Below, one piece after another: positions 1 to 6,838 of a stretch of DNA of 12,944 nucleotides (the first letter of the stretch is position 1; each line of letters starts with the position of its first letter). A model generated the notes under the pieces. It was not told the DNA's origin, made no database searches, and saw only the letters and a program-made list of their open reading frames with translations. A program made the translations under genes and the position numbers. Origin of the DNA: a bacterium (GTDB taxonomy: Bacteria > Bacillota > Clostridia > Christensenellales > Aristaeellaceae); contig CAVFPH010000053.1 in assembly GCA_963624325.1 (NCBI GenBank), positions 1-12,944 on the forward strand, read 5' to 3'.

Positions 1-11
1 AATGATACCCG

Positions 12-42
12 TTGACACGGAGACAACTTCAGAGCCTAAAAT
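12..42 (+). promoter_or_regulatory. Candidate sigma-70-type promoter for the flavoprotein gene
   Basis: TTGACA at 12-17 and TAAAAT at 37-42. The 19-nt spacer is longer than optimal. Followed by GGGAGGAG (92-99) and ATG at 106. Confidence 0.3.
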
Positions 43-105
43 GACCCCGCATAGAAGCTTCAGGACTGGCTTAGAAGCGAATGCGAAAAAAGGGAGGAGA
101 AGAAC

Positions 106-174
106 ATGAAGAAAATTCTGTCCGTCATTATCGCGCTCATGCTGGCCGTGATGATGACAACCGCCGCGTATGCC
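106..174 (+). other. Predicted Sec-type signal peptide (or N-terminal anchor) of the flavoprotein
   Basis: MKK + hydrophobic core ILSVIIALMLAVMMTTA + AYA/D, an AxA-type cleavage site. There is no lipobox cysteine and no twin-arginine motif. Confidence 0.6.
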
Positions 175-2175
175 GATTACACGGCCGGTGTCTATGAAGT
201 GACCGTTAACGGCTTCGGAGGCCCCATCGTTTTATCTGTTGAAGTAGACAACGAAAAAATCGTTAGCGTAACTGTCCTGGAAAACAGCGAAACCGCCGGT
301 TACGGCAGCCGCGCGATCGAAGAGCTTCCTGAAAAGTTTGTTGCCGCGAACAGCGCTGATATCGATGGCGTTGCGGGCGCGACGATATCTTCCACGGCGA
401 TGAAAGAGGGCGTAGCACAGGCGCTGATGGCGGCCATGGGCACTGAGCCCGCCGCTGCCGTCCTTTCCATGACCGATGGTACTTATACGGGAACCGCACG
501 CGGTTACAAGGGCGATATTACGCTCAGCGTTACCGTGGCGGATAACAAAATTACCGCGATTGATATTGCCCAGCAGCAGGAAACCGGCGTCATCGGCGGT
601 GAGGCACTGAACATCCTCGCAGACAAAGTGCTTGACGCTCAGTCCCTTGCGATTGACAGCGTTTCCGGCGCGACTGTAACCAGCGCCGCCTTCTTTGCCG
701 CGATGACGGATGCGCTGAATCAGGCCGGGGAGAACGCGGCAAGCGCGCTGAAAAATGTCAAGGTAGAAACGCCTGACGCCCAGAAGGTTGACATTTCCTG
801 TGACATCGTTGTGATTGGCGGCGGCATGGCAGGCTTCTGCGCCGCAATTGAAGCGGCTGATCTTGGTGCCAATGTGCTTATCCTTGAGAAGCTGGATGTC
901 CTGGGTGGCTCGACTTCCCGTTCTGAGGGATATGTTATCGGCGCCGGCACCGATTTCCAGAAGGAAAACGGCGTGGAGGATACCGTCGAGCACTTCTATT
1001 CCGACATCTATTCCGTTTACAAGGATGAGCCGCTGCTCAACGCGGATATGCTCAAAAAGGTTTGCTATGAATCTACAAACCTCATCCCGTTCCTTCAGGA
1101 AAATGGCGTTGAATTCGGAAAGCTGACGGCAAATACCACCTTTGAGCCGCGCGCGACGCGCCGCAATCATTGCACCGTAGGCAAGGGCAGCGGCCTGATT
1201 GCTTTCCTTTCCGAAAGCGCGGCTAAAAAGGGAATTGACGTTATGATGGGAACGGCAGCTACCCAGATCCTTCTGGAGGATGGCAAAGCCGTTGGCGTAA
1301 AGGCCACGAATAAGAATGGCGACGATATCACTGTCACCGCCAAAGCCACCATTCTGTGCGCGGGCAGCTATGGCGGAAATGCCGAAATGGTTAAACGCCT
1401 TAACGGCAATATCCTTGCGGAAATGATCAAGGGCTGCGGCGATGGCGATGCCTATAACATGGCGGAAGCCGCCGGCGCGCAAATGATCAACCTGGATTAC
1501 CCGCAGCTTCAGTATTACTTCTACTGGGATGGAATTCCCAAGCTGCCGGTGTATCCTGCCTCCGCGATCGCGCCTGTTTCCAACATTCTGCTGGTGGACG
1601 GCGTTGGCGCACGCGTTGCCAATGAAGCGAATTTCAACTTTGAGTTTGTGAAAAAGGTATATGAAAGCGGTCAGCAGGAAGGCTACTGCATCGTGGGTCA
1701 GAAGTTCTACGAACAGTATCCCGAAGTATGTGAGGCCGGCTTGAACAAGACCTTCCCAACACGCGGAGATGAAATTGCCTTTAAGGCGGATACCGTTGAG
1801 GAACTGGCCGCTTGGGCAGGACTTGACGCTGAGAAGCTTTGCGCTACGGTTGATCGCTATAATGAGCTCTGCGAGCTTGGCGAGGATCAGGACTTCCACA
1901 AGGATGCTCAGTATATGGAGAAGATTGAGGGCCCCTATTACATTCTGAAGCTTCCTGCCATCATTACCGACGGTTACAGCGGCATCAAGATCAACGAGGA
2001 TGCTCAGGTCATCAGCACAGACGGTGAAGCGATTCCCGGCTTCTACGCTGCCGGCTGCTGCGCGGTTCCTGAAATGTCCTGCGTAAACTATTATGGCTGC
2101 GGTACATCGATTGCTACCTGCGGCGTCTATGGCCGCGCGGCCGCTGATCACGCTGTCGCCAATTTCGTGAAATAA
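106..2175 (+). CDS. Exported, putatively flavinylated FAD-dependent reductase: signal peptide + 2x FMN_bind + FAD_binding_2 domain (fumarate reductase / KstD superfamily). Substrate unknown.
   Basis: 689-aa ORF with GGGAGGAG SD 6 nt upstream of the ATG. The N-terminus MKKILSVIIALMLAVMMTTAAYA/D looks like a Sec signal peptide. Two ~85-aa repeats (about aa 25-105 and 122-205) each end in the FMN_bind flavinylation motif: DGVAGATISS (Thr93, codon 382-384) and DSVSGATVTS (Thr190, codon 673-675). The dinucleotide fold DIVVIGGGMAGFCAAIEAADLGANVLILEK has GGGMAG at 817-834. GGSTSRSEG and the C-terminal GFYAAG are typical of FAD_binding_2 flavoproteins. Confidence 0.85.
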   Translation: MKKILSVIIALMLAVMMTTAAYADYTAGVYEVTVNGFGGPIVLSVEVDNEKIVSVTVLENSETAGYGSRAIEELPEKFVAANSADIDGVAGATISSTAMKEGVAQALMAAMGTEPAAAVLSMTDGTYTGTARGYKGDITLSVTVADNKITAIDIAQQQETGVIGGEALNILADKVLDAQSLAIDSVSGATVTSAAFFAAMTDALNQAGENAASALKNVKVETPDAQKVDISCDIVVIGGGMAGFCAAIEAADLGANVLILEKLDVLGGSTSRSEGYVIGAGTDFQKENGVEDTVEHFYSDIYSVYKDEPLLNADMLKKVCYESTNLIPFLQENGVEFGKLTANTTFEPRATRRNHCTVGKGSGLIAFLSESAAKKGIDVMMGTAATQILLEDGKAVGVKATNKNGDDITVTAKATILCAGSYGGNAEMVKRLNGNILAEMIKGCGDGDAYNMAEAAGAQMINLDYPQLQYYFYWDGIPKLPVYPASAIAPVSNILLVDGVGARVANEANFNFEFVKKVYESGQQEGYCIVGQKFYEQYPEVCEAGLNKTFPTRGDEIAFKADTVEELAAWAGLDAEKLCATVDRYNELCELGEDQDFHKDAQYMEKIEGPYYILKLPAIITDGYSGIKINEDAQVISTDGEAIPGFYAAGCCAVPEMSCVNYYGCGTSIATCGVYGRAAADHAVANFVK

Positions 2176-2208
2176 GGCGGAGACACACATTCGCTATATC
2201 CAATCTAT

Positions 2209-2254
2209 AAACAGTTTTAGGGGCGCGCGGCGCTCCTAAAACTGTTTTTGGTTT
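2209..2254 (+). terminator. Rho-independent terminator after the flavoprotein gene
   Basis: An 18-bp stem pairs 2209-2226 (aaacagttttaggggcgc) with 2230-2247 (gcgctcctaaaactgttt), with one G-U pair and a 3-nt loop. The T-run ttttt (2245-2249) is followed by ggttt. Confidence 0.8.
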
Positions 2255-2293
2255 CTCTTGAGCGCAGCCTGAAAGCCTTGCTGTTTTGCGCTC

Positions 2294-2324
2294 TTGACTC
2301 TATTCTTACATGAGGGTTTATAAT
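2294..2324 (+). promoter_or_regulatory. Candidate promoter of the DapB-like oxidoreductase gene
   Basis: TTGACT at 2294-2299 and a perfect TATAAT at 2319-2324. The spacer is 19 nt, which is long. It lies between the upstream terminator and the AGGAGGA SD at 2364-2370. Confidence 0.4.
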
Positions 2325-2379
2325 GACGCCGTAAATGAAAGCGGCGGTCAAGCCGCCTGCAACAGGAGGAGAAATCATC

Positions 2380-3405
2380 ATGGAAAAGATCAAGGTAGTA
2401 CAATACGGCTGCGGCAAAATGTCCAAATATATCATCCGCTATCTGTATGAGCACGGCGCACAGATCGTGGGCGCGATTGATGTAAACCCCGCCATCATCG
2501 GCCAGGATGTGGGCGATTTCGCGGGCCTGGGCGTAAAGACCGGCGTGCTGATTTCCAACGACGCGGACAAGGTGCTGGATGAGTGCAGCGCGGATGTGGC
2601 CATCGTAACGCTGTTCAGCTTTATCGGCGATATCTACGAGCATGTCGAAAAGTGCGTATCCCGCGGCATCAATGTGATCACCACCTGCGAGGAAGCCATT
2701 TATCCCTGGACCACCTCCGCCGCGCAGATCAACCGTCTGGACGCGCTGGCCAAGGAAACGGGCTGCACCATTACCGGCAGCGGCATGCAGGATATCTTCT
2801 GGATCAACATGGTTGCCCTGGTGGCCGGCGGCTGCCACAAGATCACCAAGATCAAGGGCGCTTACAGCTACAACGTGGATGAGTACGGCCTGGCACTGGC
2901 CAAGGCGCACGGCTGCGACCTGACCGCCGAGGAATTTGAGCAGAACATCGCCCATCCCGCGGAGTTTGAGCCTTCCTATGCCTGGAACGCCAGCGAAGCC
3001 ATCTGCAACAAGCTGGGCCTGACCATCAAGTCCATCACCCAGAAGCACGTGCCCTGCATCATCGATCATGACATCTATTCCGAAACCCTGGGCAAGACCA
3101 TCAAGGCCGGCCGCTGCATCGGCATGTCCGCCGTGGTGACCATCGAAACCATGCAGGGCATCGTTGTGGAAGAGGAGACCATCGGCAAGGTATACGGCCC
3201 CGAAGACGGCGATATGTGCGACTGGCAGATTTCCGGCGAGCCGGATACCGAGTTCCACGTCGTCAAGCCCGCCACCGTGGAGCACACCTGCGCCACCGTT
3301 GTCAACCGTCTGCCCAGCCTGCTGGCCGCCCCCGCCGGCTATGTCACCTGCGATCAGCTGGAGGCCAACCACTATCTGACCTACCCCATGGAATACTATT
3401 GCTGA
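2380..3405 (+). CDS. NAD(P)-dependent DapB-like oxidoreductase, amine dehydrogenase / 2,4-diaminopentanoate dehydrogenase-like family
   Basis: The ORF is open from 2335, but ATG 2380 ([15 protein letters not shown]...) has AGGAGGA 9 nt upstream and places the Rossmann GxGxxS motif at the N-terminus. The motif order [11 protein letters not shown] ... IVGAIDVNP ... [12 protein letters not shown] ... [15 protein letters not shown] ... [16 protein letters not shown] ... ISGEPD matches my memory of the native amine dehydrogenase / Ord family. No alignment was run. Confidence 0.6.
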   Translation: MEKIKVVQYGCGKMSKYIIRYLYEHGAQIVGAIDVNPAIIGQDVGDFAGLGVKTGVLISNDADKVLDECSADVAIVTLFSFIGDIYEHVEKCVSRGINVITTCEEAIYPWTTSAAQINRLDALAKETGCTITGSGMQDIFWINMVALVAGGCHKITKIKGAYSYNVDEYGLALAKAHGCDLTAEEFEQNIAHPAEFEPSYAWNASEAICNKLGLTIKSITQKHVPCIIDHDIYSETLGKTIKAGRCIGMSAVVTIETMQGIVVEEETIGKVYGPEDGDMCDWQISGEPDTEFHVVKPATVEHTCATVVNRLPSLLAAPAGYVTCDQLEANHYLTYPMEYYC

Positions 3406-3476
3406 AAATTTCTCGGCATCTTGGCAAAGCGATAGCTGCTTTGGCTGAATGCGGGAAAGTAAAATAGCATGCTTCA

Positions 3477-3525
3477 TTTGAAAAGTACCCCCAATACCGA
3501 TACGGTATTGGGGGTACTTTTCAAA
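3477..3525. terminator. Bidirectional intrinsic terminator between convergent genes
   Basis: A perfect 23-bp stem pairs 3477-3499 (tttgaaaagtacccccaataccg) with 3503-3525 (cggtattgggggtacttttcaaa), loop ata. The GC core is flanked by an A-tract and a T-tract (gaaaag / cttttc). It can therefore present a hairpin plus U-run in both orientations, serving the + gene ending at 3405 and degV ending at 3606. Confidence 0.75.
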
Positions 3526-3605
3526 GAACGGCAAAATTGAAGTATAATTTTTTCTGATGCGCTGAGACGGAAGTTCCCCCACATCATTTTTTAAAAGATC
3601 GCGTT

Positions 3606-4502
3606 TTACGTAGGATCCTCGCGGGTGCGCTGATCGCCCAGGAAGAACACGGCAACCGTGCCCGGGCCGCAGTGCGCCCCGATGATGGTGCCGATTTTGA
3701 GCAGATGCACATCGGCCTTGGGGAATTCCGCGCAGATTTCGGCGCGCGCACGCTCGGCATCCGCCGCATTGTCGCTGTGTGCAATCAGGCACTTGCCGGA
3801 GTAGTCGGTGCCGTCCTGTGCGTGGTTGCGCATCACGCGGACGGTTTCCTTGACTGCGTTGGCGCGGCCGCGCACCTTGCCGTAGGCAATGATGCGGCCT
3901 TCGTCGTTCAGGCGCATGATGGGGCAGATATTCAGGATGGTGGCGATGGTGGCCGTTGCGCCGCTCATGCGGCCGCTGCGGCGGAAATACTGCAGATCGG
4001 TGGAGAAGAACTGATGATGGATGCGCCCGCAGTTCTTTTCGGCCCAGTCGGCCGCCTCTTCCAGTGTCGCGCCCTGATCGCGCTGATCGGCCACCAGATC
4101 CACCAGCAGGCCGTAGCCGCTGCAGGAGCACAGGGAATCCACCACGCGGATGCGGTGTCCGTTGATCTTGCCGTCCAGCTCACGGGCGGCCTCGATGGCG
4201 TTGTTGACCGAGGCGGACATGCCCGAGCCGAATGCGATGTGCAGCACATCGCCGTGATGCAGCTGCTCGGTGAAAAAGTCAAGATAGCGTTCGGTATTGA
4301 TCTGGGAGGTTTGCGGCATGGAGCCGTTTCGCATATCCAGGTAGAACTTTTCCAGCATGCCGGGATTGCGCTCCATATCGTCTTCGTGCTCAACGCCGTC
4401 AAGCACGTAGGTGTAGAAGATTACGGGAATATCGCGCTGCTTGCAGTAATCGTAGGGAAGATCCACGGTGGAGCCGCAGGTAAGAATAAAGTTTCGGTTC
4501 AT
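3606..4502 (-). CDS. DegV family (EDD fold, FakB-like) fatty-acid-binding protein
   Basis: 298-aa ORF with SD GAAGGGGTG (rc of 4507-4515) upstream of ATG 4502. It carries DegV-like landmarks: N-terminal CGSTVDLP, central HIAFGSGMSASVNNA (compare the SSGLSGTY-type motif) and C-terminal IGAHCGPGTVAVFF. Confidence 0.85.
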   Translation of the reverse strand: MNRNFILTCGSTVDLPYDYCKQRDIPVIFYTYVLDGVEHEDDMERNPGMLEKFYLDMRNGSMPQTSQINTERYLDFFTEQLHHGDVLHIAFGSGMSASVNNAIEAARELDGKINGHRIRVVDSLCSCSGYGLLVDLVADQRDQGATLEEAADWAEKNCGRIHHQFFSTDLQYFRRSGRMSGATATIATILNICPIMRLNDEGRIIAYGKVRGRANAVKETVRVMRNHAQDGTDYSGKCLIAHSDNAADAERARAEICAEFPKADVHLLKIGTIIGAHCGPGTVAVFFLGDQRTREDPT

Positions 4503-4533
4503 AAGACACCCCTTCGTTTCAGGATACAGGCTT

Positions 4534-4542
4534 ATTTTAGCA
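4534..4542 (-). promoter_or_regulatory. Candidate extended -10 promoter for degV
   Basis: The minus strand reads TGcTAAAAT (rc of 4534-4542), about 30 nt upstream of the degV start. There is no convincing -35. Confidence 0.3.
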
Positions 4543-4678
4543 AATTATGTGAAAAAAATCCACTGTTAAACCGCGAAAAATGCTCTCCCGCTTGTAGATG
4601 TGCCGCTCTACTGCCGGTGGATCGGCTGCATTTGGCATATAGAGCAGACCGAATAAGACAAATGACGGATTTTTGCCC

Positions 4679-4702
4679 GGCACAGTTTCCCGAATCTGTG
4701 CC
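4679..4702. promoter_or_regulatory. Inverted repeat GGCACAG-N10-CTGTGCC; candidate distal operator
   Basis: 7-bp arms at 4679-4685 and 4696-4702. It uses the same half-site as the palindrome at 4755-4770 and lies 18 nt upstream of the -35 of the hydrolase-TetR promoter. Confidence 0.3.
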
Positions 4703-4719
4703 ATTATGCCCTGCAGCGG

Positions 4720-4747
4720 TTGAAAAGGCGAAGAAACGGACTATAAT
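4720..4747 (+). promoter_or_regulatory. Promoter of the alpha/beta-hydrolase-TetR operon
   Basis: TTGAAA at 4720-4725, a 16-nt spacer, and a perfect TATAAT at 4742-4747. Confidence 0.55.
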
Positions 4748-4754
4748 AAAGATA

Positions 4755-4770
4755 CGGCACATCTGTGCCG
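4755..4770. promoter_or_regulatory. 16-bp palindrome CGGCACA-TC-TGTGCCG; candidate TetR operator overlapping the transcription start
   Basis: Perfect 7-bp arms begin 8 nt after the -10 hexamer, which is the classical repressor position. A TetR gene is encoded in the operon immediately downstream. Confidence 0.4.
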
Positions 4771-4800
4771 CAATGCTTTTGAAGAATGGAGAAAAAGCAA

Positions 4801-5691
4801 ATGACATTGAAGGAAAAATTTGCGCAGTTCAACCGGGTGGCACCCGTTCGGGAGGCTACGGTGCTTGGGCATCCGTTTGCATATCGGTATTATCAGAACC
4901 CCGATCCCAAGAAGACCGTCACCCTGGTCATGCTGGCAGGCGGCAGCGGTCTGGCGGATGGGTTCTTTTATCTTTACGATTATTTTATGCCGGAATACAG
5001 CCTGCTGTCCTTCAGCTATCCGATGGATTTTCGGGACAACGACAGCATGGCGGATGCCATTGCGGCGCTGATTCAGCTTGTCGGCGCGAAAAATGTTTAC
5101 CTGATGGGGCAATCCTACGGCGGACTGATTGCGCAGATCATTGCCAAACGCCATCCCGAGGCAGTCAAGGGCATGATTCTGTCGGGCACATGCGGCCTCG
5201 GCCAGGATATCGATGCCGAGGGACGGGCCGTGATAGACAAAATGCTGGATCCCGCGAAAATCGAAAAGAACATTAAGCTTGACAGAAAGCTGCCCATCGG
5301 GCTGCTGGTTCCCCTCTTCAAGCTGATGGCGGTCAAGGTGATCAAGGACAAAAAGATGCGGCGGGATTTTAAGGATATCATCGATATCTGCCGCAGCTCC
5401 ATGTCGGGGGAATATTTTGCGCTGATGGATACCCTGCTGGGCGACATCCGCAGCCATGCGGCAACCATGACGAAAGAAGATTTCCTGCCGTATAAAAATG
5501 AGGTATTGATTTTCTTTTCAAAAGAGGATACCATCTTTTGCGACAGCCTGAAACAGAACCTGGTAGACCTGATGACCGATCCCACCGTTGTATGGGATTT
5601 GAAGGGCGGACACCTGGCGATGATGGTCAGCATAGATGAGTATGTTGCCGCGCTGGCAGAATTTATTCGGAAACGGAATGAGCAGCTTTGA
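4801..5691 (+). CDS. Alpha/beta-fold hydrolase (esterase/lipase-like), substrate unknown
   Basis: The ORF is open from ATG 4786 (MEKKQ...), but ATG 4801 has GGAG (4788-4791) 9 nt upstream, so 4801 is preferred; 4786 remains possible. The nucleophile elbow GQSYGG has its Ser codon at 5113-5115. Candidate acid and His residues are in FFSKEDTIF and LKGGHLAMM. Confidence 0.8.
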   Translation: MTLKEKFAQFNRVAPVREATVLGHPFAYRYYQNPDPKKTVTLVMLAGGSGLADGFFYLYDYFMPEYSLLSFSYPMDFRDNDSMADAIAALIQLVGAKNVYLMGQSYGGLIAQIIAKRHPEAVKGMILSGTCGLGQDIDAEGRAVIDKMLDPAKIEKNIKLDRKLPIGLLVPLFKLMAVKVIKDKKMRRDFKDIIDICRSSMSGEYFALMDTLLGDIRSHAATMTKEDFLPYKNEVLIFFSKEDTIFCDSLKQNLVDLMTDPTVVWDLKGGHLAMMVSIDEYVAALAEFIRKRNEQL

Positions 5692-6245
5692 CAAAAACCG
5701 GGGAACGGAACAAAATCGATGAATCCATTCGGCTGGCCCTGCTGGCGCTTTTGCAAAAGCGGGAGTATCCGGAAATATTTATGACCGAAATCGCGCAGGA
5801 AGCGCATGTCGGCCGCAGGACACTGTATCGTCATTTTGCGGTAAAGGATGATATCATGCGCTATGAGGCTGAGATCCTGATGGATGCCTTTGCGCAAAAG
5901 GTACTGCAAATGGATACGCACGGGCTGGGCGAAACCATGACGGCGTGGTTTTCCTTCTGCGAGGAGCATTTGGAGGCCCTGCTGCTGCTGAAAAAGGCAC
6001 ACCTTCTGTATTTTATCGCGGACAACCTGCCGCATTTGATCATGCAGGTGGCCCTGAAAACAAAATACCGGGGGGTGGATATTGACCTGGAGGCCGCCGT
6101 TTCGGCCGTGCCCGATGCCGATCTGTACGAATTTTACTTTGAACTGGCAGGCATCTGGAAGCTGACCGAGCTTTGGATGGCGGAAAGCACGCGGAAAACG
6201 CCCGCGGAAATGAGCCGCCTGATTGTAAAAATATGGGAGCAGTGA
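5688..6245 (+). CDS. TetR/AcrR family transcriptional regulator
   Basis: 185-aa ORF. The only in-frame start that preserves the N-terminal HTH is TTG 5688, which overlaps the hydrolase stop (TTGA, 5688-5691) and implies translational coupling. The HTH signature is EIFMTEIAQEAHVGRRTLYRHFAVKDDI. Confidence 0.8.
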   Translation: MTKTGERNKIDESIRLALLALLQKREYPEIFMTEIAQEAHVGRRTLYRHFAVKDDIMRYEAEILMDAFAQKVLQMDTHGLGETMTAWFSFCEEHLEALLLLKKAHLLYFIADNLPHLIMQVALKTKYRGVDIDLEAAVSAVPDADLYEFYFELAGIWKLTELWMAESTRKTPAEMSRLIVKIWEQ

Positions 6246-6263
6246 CCGCGAAATTGCATTAAA

Positions 6264-6302
6264 CAAAGACCGTGCCTCCTCTTTTGGGAAGCACGGTCTT
6301 TG
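6264..6302. terminator. Intrinsic terminator shared by the TetR operon (+) and rpmE (-)
   Basis: A 12-bp stem pairs caaagaccgtgc (6264-6275) with gcacggtctttg (6291-6302), with 3 further inner pairs. On the minus strand it is followed by tttaat, giving a good U-run for rpmE. On the plus strand only tctttg precedes the end, so it is weaker in that direction. Confidence 0.7.
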
Positions 6303-6345
6303 ATGAGGACGGACAATCGAAAGCCGTCCCGTTATGCCGCGGCAA

Positions 6346-6555
6346 TTACTTGTTGAGCAGATCGCCGTAGCGCTTCTTGAACTTGTCTACGCGGCCGCCG
6401 CTGTCTACCAGCTTCTGCTTGCCGGTGAAGAACGGATGGCACTTGGAGCAGATTTCAACCTTCAGCTCCTTCTTGGTGGAGCCGGTGGTGAAGGTCTCGC
6501 CGCACACGCAGCGGACGACTGCTTCGCCGTACTTGGGATGGATACCTTCCTTCAT
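6346..6555 (-). CDS. rpmE: 50S ribosomal protein L31, Zn-binding (type A)
   Basis: The translation [64 protein letters not shown] is an unmistakable L31 with CxC...CxxC Zn ligands. The ORF track starts at GTG 6564, but that GTG is part of the SD GAGGTG (rc of 6562-6567). ATG 6555, 6 nt downstream, gives the canonical MKEGIHP N-terminus. Confidence 0.95.
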   Translation of the reverse strand: MKEGIHPKYGEAVVRCVCGETFTTGSTKKELKVEICSKCHPFFTGKQKLVDSGGRVDKFKKRYGDLLNK

Positions 6556-6619
6556 GATTTTCACCTCTTCTGCGCATGCTTATCGGATTCATGGCGCGCA
6601 ACCATGAGCCACAGACACG

Positions 6620-6648
6620 AGTATATCACAGATTTCCCTTGATTGCAA
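6620..6648 (-). promoter_or_regulatory. rpmE promoter
   Basis: The minus strand reads TTGCAA (6648-6643), a 17-nt spacer, then TGaTATACT (extended -10, hexamer 6625-6620). This predicts a ~55-60 nt leader. Confidence 0.55.
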
Positions 6649-6771
6649 GGATAATTTAGCGGCAGAAAAAGCTAAACCGTTTTCATAGTAACTGCAACTC
6701 CTTTTGCACTGAGGCTTTTACTTTGAAAATTCACCGGATTCTTTTGCGCAAAATTTTCTGCCGTGTTTTGC

Positions 6772-6800
6772 TTGCCCAAGTCGGGATTTTGCCTTATACT
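6772..6800 (+). promoter_or_regulatory. Candidate promoter of the ABC exporter operon
   Basis: TTGCCC at 6772-6777, a 17-nt spacer, and TATACT at 6795-6800. Followed by GGAGG (6825-6829) and TTG 6839. Confidence 0.4.
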
Positions 6801-6838
6801 TAGGGGGAGTTGCATTAAATAAGGGGAGGGCTGCGGCC

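Noticed and set aside
52-78. A direct repeat TAGAAGC (52-58 and 72-78) and the GAAGCTTC palindrome in the flavoprotein leader.
   Set aside because: A single 7-nt repeat pair lying downstream of the putative promoter. There is no regulator in the neighbourhood and no statistical support.
232-2190. Very long ORFs antisense to, or out of frame with, the called genes: 232-2190(-) 652 aa, 2236-4131(-) 631 aa, 3672-5276(+) 534 aa, 5115-6266(-) 383 aa, 7898-8548(-), 8839-10323(-) 494 aa, 10395-10940(+) and 11154-11903(+).
   Set aside because: Their translations are low-complexity (R/G/A/H/D/L-rich) with no recognisable motifs. They lack SD sites. Some run straight through terminator hairpins and promoters. 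Each is shadowed by an ORF with clear family motifs. This is typical stop-codon depletion on non-coding frames in GC-rich, codon-biased DNA.
3520-3548. A promoter-like TTCAAA-17-TATAAT on the plus strand just after the bidirectional terminator, pointing antisense into the 3' end of degV.
   Set aside because: It lies in AT-rich intergenic DNA where such matches arise by chance. No downstream ORF, structured RNA or terminator defines a product. Only transcriptomics could support an antisense RNA.
4532-4807. A 91-aa minus-strand ORF spanning the whole degV/hydrolase intergenic region.
   Set aside because: It starts inside the hydrolase coding region with no SD, runs through both promoters and the palindromes, and has no recognisable motif.
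6589-6607. A small hairpin (tcatgg/ccatga, 6 bp) in the rpmE leader, possibly related to L31 autoregulation.
   Set aside because: The stem is short and not beyond chance. L31 autoregulation via the leader is known to me only from E. coli, and I cannot show homology.
6742-6753. Short perfect palindromes near promoters: TTTTGCGCAAAA (6742-6753, upstream of the ABC promoter) and GTTCATGAAC (12294-12303, at the putative Na/Pi-PhoU start site).
   Set aside because: About 3 and about 13 such palindromes, respectively, are expected by chance in 13 kb. Neither has a repeated half-site or an adjacent regulator gene.
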